A stretch of DNA of 40,000 bases from Halobellus sp. GTDB lineage: Archaea > Halobacteriota > Halobacteria > Halobacteriales > Haloferacaceae. The stretch spans positions 19,353-59,352 of the forward strand of contig NZ_JBDGQZ010000003.1 of the NCBI RefSeq assembly GCF_042218505.1. Reading direction: 5' to 3'. The notes below the pieces were generated by a model. That model was given only the letters and a program-made list of their open reading frames with translations. It made no database searches and had not been told where the DNA came from. Positions 34,353 to 40,000 of the stretch are shown here, piece by piece. Position 1 is the first letter of the stretch. Each line of letters opens with the position of its first letter. The position numbers and the translations under genes are program-made.

Positions 34353-35502
34353 CGTTGATTAGATTCTCGAGATTGTCTGCACTCTCCTCTCTGATGTCGT
34401 CGATGTTGTCTTGGGCTTCGATAGCGACCTGCTGGAGTTCCTTGATCCGGGGCACGTTCGTCACGCCGGAGAGGAGAATGACGGACGCGACGCGGTTGGA
34501 GTCCCGTATCGGGTAGTCGCCGCCGCGGACCTCCATACTGCCGGTCTGCTCTTCGATCCACTTGCGGCCGCGCTCGATTCCTTTCCGATTGAGGTGCCTC
34601 GGCGGGCCGGCCAGCACGAGGAGGGCGCGTTCGGAACCTTCGATCTCACAGGGGAGCGTTAGTCGGCCGAGGGCTGCCTTCCGGACGAGAGAGGTAATGC
34701 GGTTGGTGGTGTGAGCGGTGTCGAGGCTCTTTTCTTCGTTGCCGCCGGTGATTCGCGAGAGGAGCCCGCTGCTCGACGATTCGTTCTCGACCGTTTCGGA
34801 GGCGTACCCCACCGTAGAGACGCCGCCACAAGCCAGGGTGTTGATGATCTCCGAGGAGTCGACGACGCTCTCGGCGACCTCGCCGCCGTGGCCGATCTCG
34901 CCGGCCCCGAAGAGGACGCCGAAGCGCGTAACGATCTCTTCGTTGATCTCGTCGTATCCGCCTTGGACGGATTCGCCGGTCTTTCGCCAGGCGTCATTAT
35001 CGAAGACGAGCAGATTATCCACCTCGCGGACGAACGTCTGGAACGACCGGGCCGCGTTCAGCGTGTAGATGCCGCCCTCGTCACTCCCGGGCAGGATCCC
35101 CAGCCCGTAGACGGGCTCGGTGTAGATTCGCTGGAGGTGCTTCGAGAGCACGGGTGCGCCGCCGCTTCCGGTGCCGCCGCCGAGTCCGGCGACGACGAGG
35201 AACGCGCCGACCTCGTGGACCGGGATGCTGTCGATGGCGCCCTGGACTTCGTCGATGTCTTCTTCGGCGACCTCGGCCCCGAGTTCGTTGTCGGCACCGA
35301 CGCCGTGACCCTTCACGCGCGACTGTCCGATGAGGACCCGCTGGCCCTCCGGGATGTGTTCGAGTCCCATCAGGTCCGCCTTCGCCGTGTTGACGGCCAC
35401 GGCCGACCGAACGATGTTCGAGTCGTGACGTTTGTCGTACTCGACGAACTTGTCGACGACTTTTCCCCCAGCCTGCCCGAATCCAATCATTGCAAGCTTC
35501 AT
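34321..35502 (-). CDS. cetZ: CetZ-type tubulin/FtsZ superfamily protein (CetZ1-like)
   Basis: The N-terminus MKLAMIGFGQAGGKVVDKFVEYD, the tubulin signature GLGGGTGSGGAP and the acidic C-terminal tail closely match my recollection of Haloferax volcanii CetZ1. Confidence 0.94.
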   Translation of the reverse strand: MKLAMIGFGQAGGKVVDKFVEYDKRHDSNIVRSAVAVNTAKADLMGLEHIPEGQRVLIGQSRVKGHGVGADNELGAEVAEEDIDEVQGAIDSIPVHEVGAFLVVAGLGGGTGSGGAPVLSKHLQRIYTEPVYGLGILPGSDEGGIYTLNAARSFQTFVREVDNLLVFDNDAWRKTGESVQGGYDEINEEIVTRFGVLFGAGEIGHGGEVAESVVDSSEIINTLACGGVSTVGYASETVENESSSSGLLSRITGGNEEKSLDTAHTTNRITSLVRKAALGRLTLPCEIEGSERALLVLAGPPRHLNRKGIERGRKWIEEQTGSMEVRGGDYPIRDSNRVASVILLSGVTNVPRIKELQQVAIEAQDNIDDIREESADNLENLINDDEDELESLF

Positions 35503-35720
35503 ATATCAGCTCCCCTCGCCATTGGATATATTACAGTGCGAACGCGGACATAAACCTTGTGATGGTCTAAAACCGATGGGAGCAGCGATTAGTCGGAAAA
35601 ATCGCATCACAGCGTCGGGGTGTTAACGAGCCGTTAGGATTCGTTCCGATCGAGTACCGGCTGTATTTCTCAGTATTTATATTTGATAGCCCTGCGATCG
35701 GGGTCGAATCGGACCCGAAA

Positions 35721-36650
35721 TCATCCCGACGTCGCTGCGGTCGCTCCTGCGGCAGCGTCGCCCATCTGGTCGTTGAGGTACGCTCGCAACGTGGTGAGTT
35801 CCCCGGTTCCGACGTCGAACGCGCCGATGTCGTTGTCGTCGGTGACGTTGTCGAACTGCAAGGAGCGGTACTGGTCTTTCCCCATCGGGAACCCGGGAAT
35901 CGCGTCGCCGAGGGTGAGACCGATCTTCGCCAGACCCATCGGGACCGGCACGATGGTCGTCGAGCGGCCGTCGGACTCGTGGATCAGTCGCGCGATCTCG
36001 GCGAGGGTGAGTTTGTCGGGACCACCGATCTCGTAGGTCTGGCCGACGTGTTCGTCGGATTCGGCGGCGTCGGCGAGCATCGGGACCAGATCCCCGACCC
36101 AGATGGGCTGGAATCGGGTCTTGCCACCACCGGGCAGCGCGCTCACGTACGGCGGCGCAAGCAGTTTAGTGAACGAGACGAACTCGCCGCCGTCACCGAA
36201 GACCACGGAAGGACGGAAGATCGTGTAGTCCACCGCGGACTCGGCCACGATCTCCTCGGCCTCGCCTTTCGAGCGGATGTAGGCGGTCGGGCCGTTGGGA
36301 TCGGCACCCAGCGCGCTCATCTGGACGAGGTGATCGACGTCGTGCTCTTCTGCTGCGCGAACGACGTGTTCGGTTCCCTGCCGGTGGATCAGGTCGTGCA
36401 TCTCGTCGCCGCCGCTCGGTTTGAACAGCGGCGAGAGCGCAACGAGGTTGTAGACGACGTCGTTATTTTTGAACGCCTCTTTGATCGATCCGTACTCGCG
36501 GACGTTTCCCATAACCCGGTTGACGCCGGCAGGGAGGTCTTTGCTGCTGGGCCTTCGGGAGAGGGCCGTCACTTCGTGGCCCCGCTCTTTCAGTTCCCGG
36601 CAGAGTGTGGTACCGATAAACCCGCTGCCACCGACGACGAGTGCTTTCAT
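35721..36650 (-). CDS. NAD(P)H-binding protein, complex I NDUFA9 subunit-like (atypical SDR)
   Basis: Starts at MKALVVGGSGFIGTTLCRELKERGHEV (ATG 36650). It has a Rossmann GxxGxxG motif and is 309 aa long. The track extension was rejected. Confidence 0.87.
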   Translation of the reverse strand: MKALVVGGSGFIGTTLCRELKERGHEVTALSRRPSSKDLPAGVNRVMGNVREYGSIKEAFKNNDVVYNLVALSPLFKPSGGDEMHDLIHRQGTEHVVRAAEEHDVDHLVQMSALGADPNGPTAYIRSKGEAEEIVAESAVDYTIFRPSVVFGDGGEFVSFTKLLAPPYVSALPGGGKTRFQPIWVGDLVPMLADAAESDEHVGQTYEIGGPDKLTLAEIARLIHESDGRSTTIVPVPMGLAKIGLTLGDAIPGFPMGKDQYRSLQFDNVTDDNDIGAFDVGTGELTTLRAYLNDQMGDAAAGATAATSG

Positions 36651-36823
36651 CGTTCGTACGTCTTCGTCGTCCGGTGTAAAGGTAACTGCCGATTCGAGGG
36701 ACAGAGCCGGGACCCCGAGCCGTGCTGACAGCAGGACAGTGGGTGTCCGGGGCAGACTCCCAACAGACATCATCCGGTCCGAAACCCGGGTGAGTTTTAC
36801 CTCGGCACCCGCGAGGGCAACGT

Positions 36824-37420
36824 ATGCTCGTTACGCTGGAGGGTCTCGACGGAAGCGGGAAAACCAGTGCCTGGGAGGCGCTGCGAGAGGAGTTTCCGGA
36901 GGCGGTCTTCACCTGCGAGCCGACTGAGTCGTGGTACGGTGAGTCCGTCGCGCGGTCGATGGGCGACGACGACGCCAACCCCCTCGCCGAACTCTTTCTC
37001 TTCACCGCCGACCACGCTGATCACCTCTCGCGCGTCGTCCGACCCGCGCTCGCGGACGGATCACTTGTCGTTTCCGACCGCTACTCGGACTCGCGGTTCG
37101 CCTACCAGGCCGCCTCGCTCGCGGACTCGTATCTGGCCGGCGGCCGCGACCCGCTTGAGTACGTCAGAGAGATCCACGCGGCCTTCTCGCATCCGCCGGA
37201 TCTGACGATCTACCTCGACGTCGACCCGGAGACGGCGGCCGAACGCGCCGGCGCGACGAACAAGTTCGAGCGCGTGGCGCACCTCGAACGCGTCAGTGAG
37301 AACTACGAGCGACTCATCGATGCCGAGCCCGAGCGGTTCGCCCGCGTCGACGCCGCACAGCCGCTCCCCGACGTCATCAGCGCGGTCACCGAACACGTCG
37401 AAGCGTTCGCCATTGAATGA
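36824..37420 (+). CDS. tmk: Thymidylate (dTMP) kinase
   Basis: P-loop [11 protein letters not shown] and the [11 protein letters not shown] motif are present. A GTTTTACC box lies about 25 nt upstream of the ATG. Confidence 0.93.
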   Translation: MLVTLEGLDGSGKTSAWEALREEFPEAVFTCEPTESWYGESVARSMGDDDANPLAELFLFTADHADHLSRVVRPALADGSLVVSDRYSDSRFAYQAASLADSYLAGGRDPLEYVREIHAAFSHPPDLTIYLDVDPETAAERAGATNKFERVAHLERVSENYERLIDAEPERFARVDAAQPLPDVISAVTEHVEAFAIE

Positions 37421-37443
37421 CGGTGAGGCTGGAGAGCAGGCGT

Positions 37444-37511
37444 TGGTTCGGGGCGGATGACGGATAGAAGCGGCCGATGGTTCGCAGCCGACGACAGGTA
37501 GAATCGGACGA
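37444..37511. repeat. 2 x 34-nt imperfect tandem direct repeat in the tmk/membrane-protein convergent spacer
   Basis: Unit 1 is TGGTTCGGGGCGGATGACGGATAGAAGCGGCCGA (37444-37477). Unit 2 is TGGTTCGCAGCCGACGACAGGTAGAATCGGACGA (37478-37511). Hand count gives 26/34 identical. Confidence 0.6.
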
Positions 37512-37514
37512 CAG

Positions 37515-37850
37515 TCAGGAACGGTCGTCGCCGCGTCGCTCTGGAAGTTCGTACTCCTCCGGCGCGGGGACGTAGAGCGTGTCGATAGTGAACCCAAGCG
37601 CTAGCGGGAGTCCCACTGCGGCACCCACGAGCGTCGTCGCGCCGAGGTTCAGCGAGGAGCCGATCGGAAACACGCCGAAGAAGATCAGCGTCGTGATGAG
37701 CAGCGCGACGGGAGTGAGCACGAACGAGTAGATGACGTAGCCCCACTGCGTCTTCAGGCGGAGCCGGAAGAATCGGGTCAGTACCGCCGCCAGGAGGGTG
37801 TGAATCACGAGCACCACCCCGAAGAGCACGAGTCCGATGACCGAGACCAT
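37515..37850 (-). CDS. Hypothetical three-helix membrane protein
   Basis: 111 aa with three clear hydrophobic helices, an acidic C-terminal tail and good GC3. Confidence 0.65.
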   Translation of the reverse strand: MVSVIGLVLFGVVLVIHTLLAAVLTRFFRLRLKTQWGYVIYSFVLTPVALLITTLIFFGVFPIGSSLNLGATTLVGAAVGLPLALGFTIDTLYVPAPEEYELPERRGDDRS

Positions 37851-37858
37851 ATCGGCTC

Positions 37859-38209
37859 TTGGACCGGCGCGGTCTTTACGCGTTCGGGTCGGGACGTGAC
37901 CCCGCCCTCGGCGCGCTCGTCATTGACGTGACGGGTACAGAGACGACGGTCGGGTTCTACGCCGAACTGCTCGGTCTGGAAGTGACCCGCGAAGCCGAGG
38001 TGGACGGTCGGCGGATGGTGTGGGTCGGGAGCGAGGACGGCAGAGAACGCCAACTCCGCGAGACCGACAGGCACAACGATTCCGAGGGAGACAGCGTCGA
38101 ACTCGTTGCAGAACTCTCGGAGCGTTTGCCGGAGAAGGGCCGCCCTGTGGGTCCCGCTCAGTCCATCGCGATGTACGTCGTCGTGTCGGTGACATCGCCA
38201 AGTTCCTGA
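37859..38209 (+). CDS. VOC/glyoxalase-like fragment, possibly truncated or decayed
   Basis: The segment ALVIDVTGTETTVGFYAELLGLEVTREAEVDGRRMVWVGSEDGRERQLRE resembles one beta-alpha-beta-beta-beta VOC module. It has a TTG start only 8 nt from the divergent neighbour. Its last 52 nt run antisense into the RAM-domain gene, and its C-terminal half is not VOC-like. Confidence 0.35.
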   Translation: MDRRGLYAFGSGRDPALGALVIDVTGTETTVGFYAELLGLEVTREAEVDGRRMVWVGSEDGRERQLRETDRHNDSEGDSVELVAELSERLPEKGRPVGPAQSIAMYVVVSVTSPSS

Positions 38210-38388
38210 ATCTGTGTCGAAGAGATGTCGAGTACGTCGTAGACGGCGTCGGCATCGGTCTCGATGACGACGTCGTACCCACCCGCGACGACGTGCGCCT
38301 CTCTCACCGCCGCGAGGTCGCGGACCGATTCGACGACGCCATCGGCCCTGCCGGAGTCCGTCTTCACCATCACGAAAGCACGTACCAT
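38158..38388 (-). CDS. Stand-alone Lrp/AsnC ligand-binding (RAM) domain protein, 76 aa
   Basis: Starts at MVRAFVMVKTDSGRADGVVESVRDLAAVREAHVVAGGYDVVIE.. (ATG 38388). This is the RAM-domain pattern with no HTH. The gene is divergent from trkA. Confidence 0.8.
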   Translation of the reverse strand: MVRAFVMVKTDSGRADGVVESVRDLAAVREAHVVAGGYDVVIETDADAVYDVLDISSTQIQELGDVTDTTTYIAMD

Positions 38389-38399
38389 ATAGTATGGTA
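38383..38399. promoter_or_regulatory. Palindrome TACCATA-TAG-TATGGTA spanning the RAM-domain gene start
   Basis: Perfect 7-bp arms at 38383-38389 and 38393-38399 in the AT-rich part of the RAM/trkA divergent region. Confidence 0.25.
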
Positions 38400-38546
38400 T
38401 GATGTACCGTGACATATGCGTTGTGGGAGTTCCGGCCGGGGCATCATCTCACGGCCGTCTGTCGGTTCTCGTCCGACGACTGCGCCGGGGCCAGGTGGAC
38501 GGCCACCAGAGAAACATTATTCAGGTCACGGAATATACGTCCACGT

Positions 38547-39242
38547 ATGCGGTTCGTTATCATTGGTGCAGGTCGGGTCGGGCTTCGGACTGCTCGGGTC
38601 CTGCGGGAGGAGGGACACGAGATCACGATCGTCGAGCGGGACCGTGACAGGGTCGAGCGCGCACGCGAATCTGGGTTCGAGGTCGTCCACGGGGACGGCT
38701 CCCGTGAGGAGGTCCTCTCGGAGGCCGGCATCGAGGACGCGGATGGCCTGGGCGGCCTCACGGGCGATCTAAACGTCAACTTCGCGGCGTGTTCGATCGC
38801 CAAGCATCACCGGACGTGGACGGTCCTGCGCGTCGATCAGGAGCACCGAGAGGAAGTTTATCAGCAGTTCGCCGACGAGGTCGACGAGGTGGTCTACCCC
38901 GAACGAATCGGAGCGCTCGGCGCGAAGAACGCACTGCTCGGCGGATCGATCCGCGCCATCGCGGACGTCGCACAGAGCCTCCAGGTGGTGTTGATGACGG
39001 TCACAGAGTCGTCGCCGATGCAGGGCTACACCATCGAAGAGGTCGCCCTCCCAGCCAGTAGTCGGATTCTCGCCTTCGGGAAGGCAGACGAGCCAATGGG
39101 ACTCCCGCTGGAAGACGACTCGCTGGAGGTCGGCGATCGGGTCGCGGTGCTGGCAGAGTTCGACGTTCTCGAAGAGGTCCGGCAACTCATCGTCGGCGAG
39201 ACGCTCGCACCCGAAACGGAGACGGGGGAGGGAGCGGCCTGA
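38547..39242 (+). CDS. trkA: TrkA/RCK-type NAD-binding potassium-transport regulatory protein
   Basis: Starts at MRFVIIGAGRVGLRTARVLREEGHEITIVERD (ATG 38547), giving TrkA_N, followed by a C-terminal TrkA_C-like domain (..YTIEEVALPASSRILAFGKADEPMGLPLEDDSLEVGDRVAVLA). The track extension was rejected. Confidence 0.9.
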   Translation: MRFVIIGAGRVGLRTARVLREEGHEITIVERDRDRVERARESGFEVVHGDGSREEVLSEAGIEDADGLGGLTGDLNVNFAACSIAKHHRTWTVLRVDQEHREEVYQQFADEVDEVVYPERIGALGAKNALLGGSIRAIADVAQSLQVVLMTVTESSPMQGYTIEEVALPASSRILAFGKADEPMGLPLEDDSLEVGDRVAVLAEFDVLEEVRQLIVGETLAPETETGEGAA

Positions 39243-39472
39243 TGCCGACTGCCTACGTGCTCGTCACTGCGTCGAGCGGCGACGTCGATCGGCTGAAATC
39301 CGCAATCGAGGGTGTCGACGAGGGGGTCGAGCACGTGAGCGTCGTCGCCGGCGATGTCGACTACGTCGCGAAGGCGCAGGTCGACGATCCCTCGGAGCTC
39401 AAGACAGTCGCGACTACGGTACACGAACTCGACGGCATCGAGAGCACGCAGACGTACATCGCGAAGGAGTGA
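39242..39472 (+). CDS. Stand-alone Lrp/AsnC ligand-binding (RAM) domain protein, 76 aa (paralog)
   Basis: MPTAYVLVTASSGDVDRLKSAIEGVDEGVEHVSVVAGDVDYVAKA.. follows the same pattern and length as 38158..38388. Its ATG overlaps the trkA TGA (ATGA). Confidence 0.8.
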   Translation: MPTAYVLVTASSGDVDRLKSAIEGVDEGVEHVSVVAGDVDYVAKAQVDDPSELKTVATTVHELDGIESTQTYIAKE

Positions 39473-39487
39473 GTCCGGACGGCCGGG

Positions 39488-40000
39488 TTACAGCGGCGTG
39501 CCGCCCTGCGTCCCGCCACCAGTGTCTGAGGCGCGCTGGATCAGGTGGGTAACGGGCTCGGTGTAGTCGTACCCGGGAATGATTCCCTCGACGTAGGTCC
39601 CTTCGACGTACTCGACGACCGCGACGGCGTTGTCGGCGGCCCGGTTGGCATCGATGTCGACGAGTTCGGCCCCGACAGTCGCCTCGTCCCCGTCGCGTTC
39701 GACAGCCACCGCGATATCGTCGATGCCGCGCAGCACGCCGTCGACGTCCTCGACGCGAAGTGAGAAGGTGTCGAACCAGCCGTCCTCGACGACCGGCGCG
39801 ACGCGATCTGTCGTCACGGCATCGAGCATCGGGACGTGGACGGTGACGTCGAAAACGGCCGATCCGTCGGCACCGCCGACAGACACGTCGGCGTCGAAGA
39901 CGGTGGTTGTCACGGCGTATTCGTCCTCCGTCCGAGACTCGAACGAGTCGTGCATCGTAGCGGCGCGTCGGGCCCGATCAGCGGCGTCACTGTCGCTCAT
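39488..40000 (-). CDS. Acidic hypothetical protein (conserved-looking haloarchaeal type)
   Basis: 170 aa, very acidic, with good GC3. The ATG coincides with the last 3 nt of the window, so the true start could lie beyond the edge. Confidence 0.65.
   Translation of the reverse strand: MSDSDAADRARRAATMHDSFESRTEDEYAVTTTVFDADVSVGGADGSAVFDVTVHVPMLDAVTTDRVAPVVEDGWFDTFSLRVEDVDGVLRGIDDIAVAVERDGDEATVGAELVDIDANRAADNAVAVVEYVEGTYVEGIIPGYDYTEPVTHLIQRASDTGGGTQGGTPL

Noticed and set aside
1-40000. Window-wide look for CRISPR arrays, IS elements or transposases, integrases, toxin-antitoxin pairs, restriction-modification or other defence modules, and rRNA/tRNA genes.
   Set aside because: I found no regularly spaced direct repeats and no DDE/HUH or tyrosine-recombinase-like ORFs. 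I found no small adjacent antitoxin/toxin-like pairs and no rRNA or tRNA-like sequence. Gene content is core metabolism and translation, so I do not claim a defence or mobile system here.

Overview
This is a high-GC window with an acidic proteome, typical of a haloarchaeal (class Halobacteria) main chromosome. All calls rest on reading the sequence and the ORF track; no searches were run. I support about 45 tightly packed protein genes, nearly all housekeeping. I recognised no rRNA, tRNA, CRISPR array, transposase, integrase or defence system. Left to right the window holds: a histidine-kinase 3' end, then a lower-GC patch with uncertain small ORFs (270-1765). Next comes a 4-gene ABC importer (binding protein, ATPase, two permeases) and an aIF2-beta/TRAM fusion. 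A deoxyhypusine cluster follows (dys, NIF3 homolog, agmatinase, aIF5A). Then an Hsp20 plus ABC1/UbiB kinase pair and tandem MoeA paralogs, the second fused to a PBP-like domain. A long minus-strand gene string runs HAD phosphatase, unknown protein, pterin-4a-carbinolamine dehydratase, hemA, precorrin-2 dehydrogenase and fused siroheme decarboxylase AhbA/B. After that come an MBL hydrolase, an aldehyde:ferredoxin oxidoreductase, the RaSEA-type radical SAM protein and purQ/purS/purC. The deazaflavin genes cofH, cofG and cofC follow, then a CetZ1-like tubulin with an overlapping membrane-anchored partner. The window ends with an NDUFA9-like NAD(P)-binding protein, tmk, and an orphan TrkA flanked by two 76-aa RAM-domain paralogs. 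I do not see a clear novel multi-gene system. The most unexplained signal is a diverged two-copy intergenic module of about 120-135 nt (16998-17135 and 32683-32805). Each copy has a BRE/TATA-like head and a foldable conserved body, and they sit directly upstream of the HAD phosphatase and of cofG. This hints at a shared sRNA or regulatory element and at a functional link between the two genes. Lesser items are the NIF3 gene inside the hypusine cluster, a PCD-coupled unknown protein with a Cys/His-rich tail, the CetZ partner gene, the TrkA/RAM trio, and several palindromes and a tandem repeat in intergenic DNA.
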